A DNA stretch of 64,000 nt from Planctomycetota bacterium (GCA_031403195.1 JANNSZ010000075.1:2791-66790), one strand, 5' to 3'; counted from the stretch's first letter, positions 42,426-52,448 are shown. The notes: a model not told the origin generated them from the sequence alone. Numbers and translations: made by a program.

Positions 42426-42458
42426 AGCTCGCCGGGGCCATGAAGGGCCCGCCGAGCT
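42426..42458. terminator. GC-rich hairpin between convergent genes, overlapping the stop of the minus-strand lipoprotein gene
   Basis: AGCTCGCCGGGGCC-atgaag-GGCCCGCCGAGCT. The core is 22/27 identical to the 30272-30308 hairpin. Confidence 0.4.
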
Positions 42459-43089
42459 AAAATGTTAGATTCTCTTCGGCGAAGACTTCGCGGCTCTCGT
42501 AGGCGTGAAAGAGCCGCGAGATCCGCAGCGAGAGCATCTGGAGGAACAAGCGTCGGAAGTCTCCCTCCGAGCGGTCGGTGGCTGGGATGGCCGTGTTGGC
42601 AGGGAATGCGAAGTCGTCGATGCGACGCTGGAACACGAGCTTCTTCTCAGCGATGTCGTACACCCGCACCGCAACGCTCGCCCGGCCTCGGTAGAGGGTG
42701 GAGCCTTCGTGGAATCGGAACTCCTCGAGGTCAACACCGACAACATGGTCTGCGCCTAATGCTGCGCCGACGGTCTGGTAGTCGACCCAGGCATTCTCGT
42801 CGATCCACCCGTCTACCTCATGCTGCCCGATCACGTCGGCCTTTCGCACGCCATCCTTGATCTGGTTTCCGACGAGCGTGGCAAGCTCACGCGAGGACCC
42901 GGCATCGGCGAACTCGAGCTCGATGATCGGCCGACAGACAATAGCCACCTTCTTGCCCTTGAGGCCAGGAAACTCGGCCGGCACGTCGGCTGGCTGCAGG
43001 AGGTAGGCGGCGGTGAAGAGCATTGAGCACCCGCTCAAGGCTGGCATCAGGACCGCGGCAACCGCGAAACGGGCGAAAGCTGAGCGCAT
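42457..43089 (-). CDS. Hypothetical lipoprotein
   Basis: The ATG at 43089 gives MRSAFARFAVAAVLMPALSGCS (lipobox LSGC). The mature domain is about 190 aa with no recognised motif. Confidence 0.55.
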   Translation of the reverse strand: MRSAFARFAVAAVLMPALSGCSMLFTAAYLLQPADVPAEFPGLKGKKVAIVCRPIIELEFADAGSSRELATLVGNQIKDGVRKADVIGQHEVDGWIDENAWVDYQTVGAALGADHVVGVDLEEFRFHEGSTLYRGRASVAVRVYDIAEKKLVFQRRIDDFAFPANTAIPATDRSEGDFRRLFLQMLSLRISRLFHAYESREVFAEENLTF

Positions 43090-43200
43090 CGGGCTGGTCC
43101 TCTGGTGGCCGGGGTGGGGGACGGTAGCGGGCGGTCGTGACCCGCTCAATGCCGCTTGCTTCCGGAGGCATGGCACAATACACGTGTGGAAAGCCATCCC

Positions 43201-44256
43201 ATGTCCGCGCCGTCTCCCAGCCTGCCATCCGCGGGACATCCCCAGGGCGCTTTTCTGGAAGCGCTCGCGGAGCGGTTGTCAGGAGGTGGGCCAGACGGGT
43301 TTCCCGTCGTGGTCGCGGTCTCGGGAGGAGCCGACAGCGTGGCCCTGCTGATCGGGCTGGTGCGGCTGGGGGTCCCACGGCTGTTGGTCGCCCACGCGGA
43401 GCACGACTTGCGGATTGATGCGCCGGCTGACCGCGCGTTCGTCGGTCGCCTCGCTGAGCGTTTCGGATTGCCGTGGATCTGGCGGCGGCTCGCGGTACGG
43501 GAGCGAGGTGACGAGGGAGCCGGCGAGGGGCTCGAGGCGCGGGCGCGTCGACTGCGGTATGCGTTTCTGGCCGATGTCGCCCACGAAGCCGGCGCACGGC
43601 ATGTGCTCGTGGCTCACACAGCAGACGACCAAGCCGAGACGATTCTGCACCGTATCCTTCGCGGCACGGGCCTGGCAGGGCTCGCGGGGATGCGCCGGGC
43701 TCGTGAACTGTGTGACGGCATCGCGCTCGTGCGACCACTCCTCGATGTCTCCCGCGAAGCAGGGCGGGCGTTCCTCGAGAGTGCGTGTGAGGAATGGCGG
43801 GAGGATGCGAGCAACACCGATACGACGCGGGCCAGAAATTTCCTGCGCCACGAGGTGCTCCCGCGGTGCGCCGTTGGGCCGTATCCCGCAGCCGTAGCGT
43901 CCATAACGCGGCTCGGCTGCCAGGCCGCGACCATCGCTGCCGCGTTGAGAAGCGCCGCCGAGCACCTGCTGCATCTGTACGCCACACGCCAGGCAGACGG
44001 GAGTGTGCTTCTGCGTACCGGGGAACTTGCGGCCCTTGATCCGCACCTTGTCGCCGAAGTGTTCGTCGCGCTCTGGCGGCGCGAGGGCTGGCCGCAGCGG
44101 GACATGACTGCTGGTCACTACGACGCCTTGGTGCGAGTTGTGTCGCACACGCTCATGCCAACAGATGGTGTCGCCGCGTGGCTACCCGGTCAGTTTCCAG
44201 GAAACGTTTCGGCTAGGCCACTCGACCACGGACGTCTCGTCGTCGCCCGCACGTGA
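43201..44256 (+). CDS. tilS: tRNA(Ile)-lysidine synthetase
   Basis: PP-loop (VVVAVSGGADSVALL) and HTADDQAETILHRILRG. ATG at 43201. Confidence 0.85.
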   Translation: MSAPSPSLPSAGHPQGAFLEALAERLSGGGPDGFPVVVAVSGGADSVALLIGLVRLGVPRLLVAHAEHDLRIDAPADRAFVGRLAERFGLPWIWRRLAVRERGDEGAGEGLEARARRLRYAFLADVAHEAGARHVLVAHTADDQAETILHRILRGTGLAGLAGMRRARELCDGIALVRPLLDVSREAGRAFLESACEEWREDASNTDTTRARNFLRHEVLPRCAVGPYPAAVASITRLGCQAATIAAALRSAAEHLLHLYATRQADGSVLLRTGELAALDPHLVAEVFVALWRREGWPQRDMTAGHYDALVRVVSHTLMPTDGVAAWLPGQFPGNVSARPLDHGRLVVART

Positions 44257-44282
44257 CCCCGTCTTCCGTCGACGTATCGATC

Positions 44283-45875
44283 TCAGTGCCCCGGGGTGGT
44301 GAGTTCCTGGGCTCGGTAGCCGCCCTTCGATCGAAAGTACAGATACAGCACGATATAGGCGACCAGCATAAAAGCAGGGAAACCAGCCATCTTGGCCAGC
44401 GTGTCAAACTGCCCCGACTTGTTCGCTGCAGCCAACGCGGCCTGCGCCTCCGGGGTGGTGTCCGCCGCAGCCTTCTGCGGGTCGATGGCGTCGTAGGTGA
44501 GCCCTAGATACGGCTTCTGCACGAGCACTGCCTGGGCAACCGCGGGGGCGTTCCGCCGGAGGTCACCGCTGGCGGTCTGCTCTTGCAAGGCGCCGATCAG
44601 TGGAAAGCCGAGCACACCCACGGCGATCATACCGATCCCGGAGATGGCATTGAGCGTGACAGCACCCCCCTTCGGACACTGCTCTGCTGTGATTCCAAGC
44701 ATCGTTGGCCAGAAAAACGTCTTGCCGATTCCGTAGAGCGTCGCAGCGCCGAAGATCGCAACGAGGCCGGCACTGCCGGTCTGAGAGAGTGCCAAGAGCC
44801 CGAGGATCGCCAGCACGGAACTGGCGATCAAGAGCCCAATCGGTGAGAGGGCATGCACGATTGGGCCGGCAAAGAATCGCAGGACCATCATGATCGCCGA
44901 CGTGTACACAAGCACCCAGCCAGGATTGAATCCAGCCTGCTCCATGGGCTTCTCCATCAGGCCAGTGATCCAGCCATCCGTGCCGATTTCCGTGGTTGCC
45001 AGCGGCATCATGATGACGACGAGGAACGCCAGGATTGGTCGCCCCAAACTCCCTGTGAAGAGGCCAAATATCGCCGCGACCACAGCTGTCAGGGCGGCGG
45101 CGATCCAGACGCTGAACTGAAACACCTCCGCGAGTTGGAGAAAGATCAGACCGAAGCCGACCAAGGCACCGAAGGCACCGAACTCGGCAAGCATCTCACG
45201 ATACGTGACGCCAGCCTGCTCGCGCTCGCTGCGAGGGAACTCAGCCGCCGCCAAGATCACAAGGTAAATCACCGCGGGCACGGCCACGATGCCGAGCACG
45301 ATTCGCCAGTCACCGGTGCGGGCGGTGTCGGCAAGCATGATCGTGATGATGCCAGCGATCACGAGGCCGCCTGGCCATCCGGCGTGCAGGATGTTGAGCC
45401 ACTTCGTCTTTTCACGGTTGAAGATTGTGGCAACAACGGGGTTGATGAAGGCTTCAACCGTGCCATTTCCGAGTCCCAGGACGATGCTCCCCCAGTAGAG
45501 CAGTTGGTAGCCGCGCTTCTGAGCTGCCGCGAGGTCCGCAGCGGGAACGCCCTGGATCGTGCTGTAGGCCATCCATGCCATCGCCAGATAGATCGCGTAG
45601 CACAGGAATGAAAAGACCATCGCGACCTTGTAGCCAATTCGGTCGATCACAAGACTGAAGAGAATGATCGAGATGGCAAATGGCCAGACTCCCGCTCCCT
45701 TGAGCGCTCCGATGTCGACCTTATCAATTCCAAAATCGGAAGGGAACCGTACGTCGCAGAGATACATGCGCGTAAAGAACGCGAACGACGTGGTGATCAG
45801 GGCGATGAAGCATCCCCAAAACACGAGCTGTTGCCGATCGGGACCACTCGTTGATGCCTTGTCGTTGCCAACCAT
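44283..45875 (-). CDS. MFS-type transporter (substrate unknown)
   Basis: 530 aa, about 12-14 TM helices, and a motif-A-like VIDRIGYK between TM2 and TM3. Confidence 0.65.
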   Translation of the reverse strand: MVGNDKASTSGPDRQQLVFWGCFIALITTSFAFFTRMYLCDVRFPSDFGIDKVDIGALKGAGVWPFAISIILFSLVIDRIGYKVAMVFSFLCYAIYLAMAWMAYSTIQGVPAADLAAAQKRGYQLLYWGSIVLGLGNGTVEAFINPVVATIFNREKTKWLNILHAGWPGGLVIAGIITIMLADTARTGDWRIVLGIVAVPAVIYLVILAAAEFPRSEREQAGVTYREMLAEFGAFGALVGFGLIFLQLAEVFQFSVWIAAALTAVVAAIFGLFTGSLGRPILAFLVVIMMPLATTEIGTDGWITGLMEKPMEQAGFNPGWVLVYTSAIMMVLRFFAGPIVHALSPIGLLIASSVLAILGLLALSQTGSAGLVAIFGAATLYGIGKTFFWPTMLGITAEQCPKGGAVTLNAISGIGMIAVGVLGFPLIGALQEQTASGDLRRNAPAVAQAVLVQKPYLGLTYDAIDPQKAAADTTPEAQAALAAANKSGQFDTLAKMAGFPAFMLVAYIVLYLYFRSKGGYRAQELTTPGH

Positions 45876-45991
45876 GCGGGACCGCCTCCTCTTTCTGACC
45901 GTCGTCGGTCTGCGATGAGCGCCACGGTGGCATTCCCCTGACCGGACCGACCCGAGGGCGGCACTATAGCAGGGCGTGGGAAGGTGGGGGA

Positions 45992-48900
45992 ATGGGGGCG
46001 GTCACGCCGCGGGTTGACCTAGGCCTGGCGTGGCTCATACCTTCCCGCCCCCACATCTGGCACCCCCTGCGCGCCGCACACGCTTCTGTGAAGCCACTCG
46101 CCGATACTCTCTGGACGATCGTCCGCTGGACCCTGCCCCTGACCGTGGCGGCCATCATCGTGGCCGCGGCGCTCGGATCGCATCGAGTCGGCGAGGAGGT
46201 GCGTCGTCGTGTCGAAGCACGACTCCGTGATCGGTTCCCGACACTCGACGTGCATGTGCGGTCAGCGAGTCTCGTCGATGGAGAGGGAATCCTCATCCGC
46301 GACCTGTCTCTCGCCGAAGCGGGCGGCGCTCCGCTGGTGACCATCGAGGAGATCCACCTCACCTGTGGGACGTCCCTCGCCGAACTTGCGGCCGGTGAGC
46401 CGCGCATCGCCGCTGTTCGCCTCCGACGACCGGTCGTGCAGGCCCGCCGCGACACGGCGGGGCGATGGAACCTGGCAAAACTTATCGAGCAGCAGCAGGG
46501 GGGCGCGGGAATGCCCGTGGCCATCGAGGACGCCACGCTTGCTGTCGATGACACCCAGCTTGGACGCCGGTTCACGCTCCGCAATGTCGGCCTCACGCTC
46601 GAGCCTCAGGTAGCCGACGCTGTCGGTAGTCGTACGGCGGTGAAAGGACGGGTCGGCGGCGACCTCTTCGAGCGCGCCGACTTTGAAGGGCACGTTGCCG
46701 CTGATGGCACCTTCGGCCTTGTGGGTCACATCGAGGCGCTCGATCTCTCGCCTCGCCTGCGCGGGTTCCTACCGACAGATGGCGGCCTTGCCGATCATGC
46801 CACGTCTGTCCGTGGGCAGGTTGATCTCGATTGGAATGTGACAGGGTCGCTTGCGTCTCTCGACCAGGCCACGTTCGGAGTCTCTGGCCGGCTGACTGGT
46901 GGTCACATTGAGCACGCATCGCTGCCGGTGGCGATCAGCGACATCGCTGCGTCCTTTACGGCCGATCGGTCCGGCATCGCCTGTGATCGCCTCGAGGGAC
47001 ACTCGGGATCGACGCTCGTGCACGGCTCGGGTCGGCTTGCTGGATGGGATCCGTTAGCCGACTTTGACCTTTCGTTTGAGGTCGAGCGGCTGCTCGTCGG
47101 GCGTCACTGGGAGCCATTTCTTCCCGCGACGCTGGCATCCCATTGGAGCAAGCTCCTGCCCACCGGCGAGGTTGATCTTCAGGCGCGACTGGCTCGCCGC
47201 GCGGGGCAACTCACTCGCGATGTCGCGGTTCGGTGCCGCAATCTCTCGCTCACGTACTACCGCTTTCCGTATCGGCTTGACCGCACGGTTGGGACAGTCA
47301 CATACCGCGACGGGGCTGTGACCATGCATCTCACGGGCCAGGCGGGAGGCCATCCCGTGCATGTCGAAGGAAGTCTTGATACTTCGAAAGCCGGTAACCC
47401 GGGGGCCGTGGAGGTTCGCGGTGAGGGTATGCGGATCGACGATGCCCTTCTCGCAGCGCTGCCAGCGGCAGGCGCCGATGTTGTTCGACGCCTTCGAGCC
47501 ACCGGCACGTTTGACTTTGGCTTTCGCCACGAACGAGGGCCGCAGCACCCGCGTGGGTTTCTCAATAGCTTGGGCCTCAGGCTGTCGCGCTGCACGCTGG
47601 CCTACGCGGGCTTCCCCTATCCAATCTCGAACGTCAACGGAAGCATTCAGATGGAGGGGAAACGGTGGACCATCCGTGAGGTTACCGGTACCAACGATAC
47701 GGGGGCGATACGGTGTACTGGGGTTCTGGATGCAGATGATCGCGGCCGGGATGTGCTCACGCTCGATCTCACGGGAAGTGATGTGGTCCTCGAACCGGAG
47801 CTTCGTGATGCGCTCCCTCCTGGGATGCGGCGGATTTGGGACGATGTGGCTCCCCGCGGCAGCGCCAAATTCACAGCCCGAATTCAGCATGAAGTGGGCG
47901 CACGGCACACCGAGGTGGAACTCGAAGCCACACCCGAGGGCGAAACGGTCTCGATTGAGCCAGCATGGTTTCCCTACCGCCTCGAGCGGCTCCAGGGACG
48001 GCTGTCGTGGAAAGACGGCATCCTCCGGTTCGAGGGAGTGCGGGGCGTTCATGCACGGACGACCGTATCGACTGAGGGCCTGTGCCGGTTCGGGCCTGAC
48101 GGAAGCTGGCATGTCTCGTTCACTCGCCTGGCGGCTGATCGCTTTCATGCTGATCACGACGTGCTGCGGGCGCTGCCCAGTGGCCTGCAGCAGGCGGTCG
48201 CGGATATCGGGCTCAAGGGGCTCCTCTCCCTGGACGGTGCCCTGGACATCTATTCGACCGCACCTCGGGAAATCGCATTGGCTGGCGGTCGCACGGAGCT
48301 TGTCCATGGGCCTGCGGCTGCGGCGTGGGACATGGCACTCGACATGGAGCAGGCCACGCTCGATGCGGGCGTGCCACTCGAGCATGTCTGCGGCGGCATC
48401 CGCCTCCGCGGCTCGAGCGACGGCGAGGCGTGGCGATCCTTTGGCGACGTGGCCATCGACACGGCGATCTGGCAAAACCTTCAGCTCACCGCGATCCGCG
48501 GCCCCCTCGTGCTCGATGCGAGCGGCGCCCGGTTCGGAGCACCGGCCGCGGTTGTCTCCGAACCCGGATCGCCGCAGCGTCTCACGGCGAGAGTGGCCGG
48601 GGGCACGCTCCAGATCGATGCTCAGGTGGCGGCAGGGCAGGTGGGAAGCTTCACAGCAGGAATCTCCCTTGCCGATGTCGATCTTGCGAGGCTTGCGGCC
48701 GACCTCATGGGGCGAGCCACGACGTCACGCGGTCGCGTGCAGGCAGCGATCGAGGTGAGTGGCACCCGCGCTGGCACCCACTCCTTTTCCGGCCGCGGCA
48801 ATGTGCGGCTCCAAGATGCCAACCTCTATGAGCTCCCCGTGATCGTCTCCCTGCTCAAGATTCTTCGCGTCCGCGCGCCCGACAGAACCGCGTTCGGCAG

Positions 48901-49252
48901 TAGCCAGGTCGATTTTCGGATCGAGGGTCCGCGAGCGTACCTCGACACGATCGAGCTTTCGGGGGATGCGATCAGCCTCGTGGGCGCTGGCGAGATCGAT
49001 CTCGACTCCAAGATCAACCTGACGTTCCGCCCGCTGGTGGGGGAGTCTGAGAACCAGCTCCCGGCGATGAAGCAGCTCCTCGGTGGCGCTGGTGGTCAGT
49101 TCGTCCTTGTGCATGTCGGCGGCACACTGGCCGAGCCGGTCACGTCGACCGAAGCCTTCCCGACATTGGCTGCGGCGGTTCAGCGGCTTCAGTCCCGGCG
49201 GCGAGAGCCTGCGGCCAACCGCGCAGCCGGCCGACCGGAGCCGCTTCGGTGA
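45992..49252 (+). CDS. Large envelope protein, AsmA/TamB-like (tentative)
   Basis: 1086 aa. N-terminal TM anchor (WTLPLTVAAIIVAAALG), a long beta-rich repetitive body, and a C-terminal segment (FRIEGPRAYLDTIELSGDAISLVGAGEIDLDSKINLTFRP) reminiscent of AsmA-like C-termini. Not verified. Confidence 0.45.
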   Translation: MGAVTPRVDLGLAWLIPSRPHIWHPLRAAHASVKPLADTLWTIVRWTLPLTVAAIIVAAALGSHRVGEEVRRRVEARLRDRFPTLDVHVRSASLVDGEGILIRDLSLAEAGGAPLVTIEEIHLTCGTSLAELAAGEPRIAAVRLRRPVVQARRDTAGRWNLAKLIEQQQGGAGMPVAIEDATLAVDDTQLGRRFTLRNVGLTLEPQVADAVGSRTAVKGRVGGDLFERADFEGHVAADGTFGLVGHIEALDLSPRLRGFLPTDGGLADHATSVRGQVDLDWNVTGSLASLDQATFGVSGRLTGGHIEHASLPVAISDIAASFTADRSGIACDRLEGHSGSTLVHGSGRLAGWDPLADFDLSFEVERLLVGRHWEPFLPATLASHWSKLLPTGEVDLQARLARRAGQLTRDVAVRCRNLSLTYYRFPYRLDRTVGTVTYRDGAVTMHLTGQAGGHPVHVEGSLDTSKAGNPGAVEVRGEGMRIDDALLAALPAAGADVVRRLRATGTFDFGFRHERGPQHPRGFLNSLGLRLSRCTLAYAGFPYPISNVNGSIQMEGKRWTIREVTGTNDTGAIRCTGVLDADDRGRDVLTLDLTGSDVVLEPELRDALPPGMRRIWDDVAPRGSAKFTARIQHEVGARHTEVELEATPEGETVSIEPAWFPYRLERLQGRLSWKDGILRFEGVRGVHARTTVSTEGLCRFGPDGSWHVSFTRLAADRFHADHDVLRALPSGLQQAVADIGLKGLLSLDGALDIYSTAPREIALAGGRTELVHGPAAAAWDMALDMEQATLDAGVPLEHVCGGIRLRGSSDGEAWRSFGDVAIDTAIWQNLQLTAIRGPLVLDASGARFGAPAAVVSEPGSPQRLTARVAGGTLQIDAQVAAGQVGSFTAGISLADVDLARLAADLMGRATTSRGRVQAAIEVSGTRAGTHSFSGRGNVRLQDANLYELPVIVSLLKILRVRAPDRTAFGSSQVDFRIEGPRAYLDTIELSGDAISLVGAGEIDLDSKINLTFRPLVGESENQLPAMKQLLGGAGGQFVLVHVGGTLAEPVTSTEAFPTLAAAVQRLQSRRREPAANRAAGRPEPLR

Positions 49253-49343
49253 GCATGTGTGGCCTGCGCGAGGGCTTTGGTAGATTGGGTAAACGGTGCG
49301 GATCGCCTCACGAATCGACCAGAATGGACGAAACAAAACGACG

Positions 49344-50213
49344 ATGAATTTCGTGAAAATGCATGGTGCCGGCAACGACTACGTGTACCTCGACTGCTTT
49401 GTCGAGCCACGGCCGTCTGATCCTGCCGCGCTCGCGCCACGGATCGCCGACCGTCATGTGGGTGTGGGTGGAGACGGGCTGATTCTCGTTGAGCCCTCCG
49501 AGCGAGCCACCGCGCGGATGCGGATGTTCAACGCTGACGGGAGCGAATCGGAGATGTGCGGCAACGGCGTGCGGTGCGTCGCGCATCTCGTGGTTTCCCG
49601 CGGGCATGCGGCCCCTGGGCCCGTCACGATCGAGACGGGCCGCGGCCTCCTTTCGCTCGATGTTCGCCCCATTGGGCCGCGCTCCTCGCTGGTTCGCGTG
49701 GCCATGGGGGAGCCGCTCCTCGATGCCGCTGACATTCCCGTGACAGGGGCCGGGACGGGGCATGTGCTCGATGCAGCCTGTGCGGCCTTGGGCGAACATG
49801 AGGCCTGGTGGCATGCAGCCGGACTCGATCCGCGGATGACCTGCGTCTCCATGGGCAATCCCCATGTGGTTTTCTACTGCCGGGATGCTTCTACAGTACC
49901 CCTCGAAGCTGTCGGGCCAAGGATTGAGCGGCACGCGATGTTCCCGCGCCGCGTCAACGTCCACTTCGTCGAGGTCCGTTCGCCGGAGCATGTGATGATG
50001 CGAACATGGGAACGGGGCAGTGGCATCACTCAGGCGTGTGGCACCGGGGCATCAGCCGTGTGCGTGGCAGGCGTGCTGACAGGCCGCACCGGCCAGCGGC
50101 TCGCTGCCGACCTGCCTGGCGGTCGTCTCGACCTCGAGTGGGCAGGCTCCGGCTCGGTGTTCATGACGGGGCCGGCGGAGGAGGTCTTCGCCGGCACGTG
50201 GTACGAAGGATGA
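49344..50213 (+). CDS. dapF: Diaminopimelate epimerase
   Basis: MNFVKMHGAGNDYVYLD, with catalytic Cys contexts MCGNGVRCVA and QACGTGASAV. Confidence 0.9.
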   Translation: MNFVKMHGAGNDYVYLDCFVEPRPSDPAALAPRIADRHVGVGGDGLILVEPSERATARMRMFNADGSESEMCGNGVRCVAHLVVSRGHAAPGPVTIETGRGLLSLDVRPIGPRSSLVRVAMGEPLLDAADIPVTGAGTGHVLDAACAALGEHEAWWHAAGLDPRMTCVSMGNPHVVFYCRDASTVPLEAVGPRIERHAMFPRRVNVHFVEVRSPEHVMMRTWERGSGITQACGTGASAVCVAGVLTGRTGQRLAADLPGGRLDLEWAGSGSVFMTGPAEEVFAGTWYEG

Positions 50214-50268
50214 TGGAACACGAGCCACATCGCCCAGCGGCGGATGCTCCAGGGAAGGACGCACGGAC

Positions 50269-51084
50269 GTGAAGCTAACGACCCCTTTTGCGATTGGCGC
50301 CTGGTCGCTCGTTTCCACGGCTGCCATCCGTCAGTGGATGGGAACGCTCGACTACCAGGCCGACTTCGGCGATCCCGAGGTCGATCCCGTGCACCCGGGT
50401 TTCCGAGGCGCAAAAATCTACATCTTCTGGCATGAAAACATCCTGATGCCGCTCTACCTTCGCGGCCACGCCAATATCGCGATGCTGCTGTCGCGGCATG
50501 CCGACGCCAACGTGCTCGACCGAGTCGCCCGCATGATGGGATTTGGTGTGGTGCGGGGCAGCACGTTCCGAGGCGGCTCGGTGGCACTGCGAGAACTGGC
50601 CGAGCGGGCCGCGGTGAGCAACCTCACGATCACTCCCGACGGGCCTCGTGGTCCACGACGTCGGCTGGCCCCTGGCTGCATCTTCCTCGCGAGCACACTC
50701 GGCATCCCGATTGTGGTGATGGGCATGGGTTTCGATCGGCCGTGGCGAGCGAACACGTGGGATCGGTTTGCGATTCCGCGTCCCTTTTCGCGGGCTCGTG
50801 GAGTCGTGAGCAGGGCCGTGGCCATTCCGCCCGACCTTGATCGCGATGGCATCGAACAGCATCGGCACGGGATTGAACGCCTTCTGACGGGCCTCTCCGA
50901 TGAGGCCGAGGCGTGGGCCACGGAGGGAGTGCGGCGGCCCGGCCAGCGACCGGTCCGCAAAGAACGATCGCGGGTGGCGTGTACGGCTGCGGGCCTTCCC
51001 GGCGACTCAGGTGTGCCGCTCGAGGACGAGCTTGCACGCTACGGACTCGGTGCCGGTGCGTCGTGCGATGCCGAAGCAGCGTGA
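50269..51084 (+). CDS. DUF374 domain protein (lysophospholipid acyltransferase-like)
   Basis: IYIFWHENILMP...LLSRHADANVL...GVVRGSTFRGG...ITPDGPRGPRR...GIPIVVMG is the DUF374 pattern. Confidence 0.7.
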   Translation: MKLTTPFAIGAWSLVSTAAIRQWMGTLDYQADFGDPEVDPVHPGFRGAKIYIFWHENILMPLYLRGHANIAMLLSRHADANVLDRVARMMGFGVVRGSTFRGGSVALRELAERAAVSNLTITPDGPRGPRRRLAPGCIFLASTLGIPIVVMGMGFDRPWRANTWDRFAIPRPFSRARGVVSRAVAIPPDLDRDGIEQHRHGIERLLTGLSDEAEAWATEGVRRPGQRPVRKERSRVACTAAGLPGDSGVPLEDELARYGLGAGASCDAEAA

Positions 51085-52448
51085 CGCGAGCCGCCCTGGG
51101 CATCGAGCCGCCGTTCGAGCTGCTCGATGCGGATCCGCAGGTCGCGGATTTCAGTCTCGAGTGGCGTGATAACGGAAGAGGCCTGGCGGCTCTCTGGCCG
51201 TCGGGCCGTGGATGGCGATGGGCTGGGCTCGAGATGCGGCGGCGGTGTCCCGGCCGGGGTTGCGGGCCCGATGAGAGCGGCTTCGAGCGGCTTCTCGAGA
51301 GTCTGAAGGGTGACATCGGCCCGATGGGCTGCTCCACCAGGGAGGACATACTGCAGGGTCACTGGACGGCCGATTGGGCCGCTGGTGACGAGCCTCGTCA
51401 GATCGTCGGGGGATCGGACTGGACGATTGTCGAGCGAGACAATCACGCTCCCGGGCGGTACGCCTGCCTTGGAGGCCGGCAGATCCTGAACCACGCCGAT
51501 CACGTAGGCGCCCGCTGCGTCGGGAAGTTGAAAACGTGCCTGCAGGCCAGGGTCGATGGGCACGGTACGGACGCCGAGCGCCGTGCGGCCGGGCGTCTGT
51601 GACGGGCTCGTTGGTGCCGGTAGGGCAGCGGGTGTTGGAGAGGCCGGCTGGAACGCTGGAGCAGAAGGCGGTTCGACAACGGTGCGAGGGGCACCGAATC
51701 GCGATGGGGCTCGGGCCACCACCGATGGGGCAGACGGTTCAGGGGCTGCGAAGGCTGGGGGAGCCGTGGCAAACGCGGGGGGCTCTGTGATCGGAGTGAC
51801 GGCCGGTGGTGTGCCGGACTTAACGGGGTCTGGCGAGGACTGCCAGTTACGGGATGTCAGGGCGACGGGACGTTCGACAGCCAGCAGACCGACATCCGTC
51901 ACCTGACCTGCGCGGGAGATGGCGAGGTTCACCCGCTGCCCTGGCGCGAACGCGGTCAGAGCCTGCGAGGCGTCGTCGGCACTCTGAATTGGAATCCCAT
52001 CGATCGCTCGTACTTCGTCGCCGACGGCGAGCCCAGCGGCAGCGGCAGGGCCACCCACCGCGACCTCGGCGAGGGCCCACCGGCCAGCCTCAGACGACTC
52101 TGCAATCGATAATCCAAGCCATCCCGTCCCGCGGGCCGCCTCGGATGTGACGGAACCATCCCCACTGGCGCCGGCGAGGAGGCTTCGTGGCTGCCCCAGG
52201 TCGACAGAAGGTGCCGGTGGCAACGATGCCGGAGCGTCCGATCGACCGGCCGCGGAGGGCAGGGGGATCGGCTCGCCGATGGCGATCTCGCCCGGTTGAA
52301 CCGCGGAGGCCACCGGGTCGCTCGGCGCGCTTGCATCGGCGTCGGCGGCCCGGGCGCCGCATGCGGCCGCGAGCCACCAGACCAAGGCGATGCTGACGGC
52401 CCGTGGCACCCTAGCGATCAGCCCGAGTGTCGTCGTAAAAATCTTCAT
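51039..52448 (-). CDS. Secreted tandem-PDZ protein with Pro-rich linker and C-terminal coiled coil
   Basis: Signal peptide from the ATG at 52448. Two PDZ-like modules are present (GWLGLSIAE...GLAVGDEVRAIDGIPI and GAYVIGVVQDLPASKAGVPPGSVIVSLDNRPV). No protease domain. Confidence 0.6.
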   Translation of the reverse strand: MKIFTTTLGLIARVPRAVSIALVWWLAAACGARAADADASAPSDPVASAVQPGEIAIGEPIPLPSAAGRSDAPASLPPAPSVDLGQPRSLLAGASGDGSVTSEAARGTGWLGLSIAESSEAGRWALAEVAVGGPAAAAGLAVGDEVRAIDGIPIQSADDASQALTAFAPGQRVNLAISRAGQVTDVGLLAVERPVALTSRNWQSSPDPVKSGTPPAVTPITEPPAFATAPPAFAAPEPSAPSVVARAPSRFGAPRTVVEPPSAPAFQPASPTPAALPAPTSPSQTPGRTALGVRTVPIDPGLQARFQLPDAAGAYVIGVVQDLPASKAGVPPGSVIVSLDNRPVRSPDDLTRLVTSGPIGRPVTLQYVLPGGAAHRADVTLQTLEKPLEAALIGPATPAGTPPPHLEPSPSPSTARRPESRQASSVITPLETEIRDLRIRIEQLERRLDAQGGSRHAASASHDAPAPSP

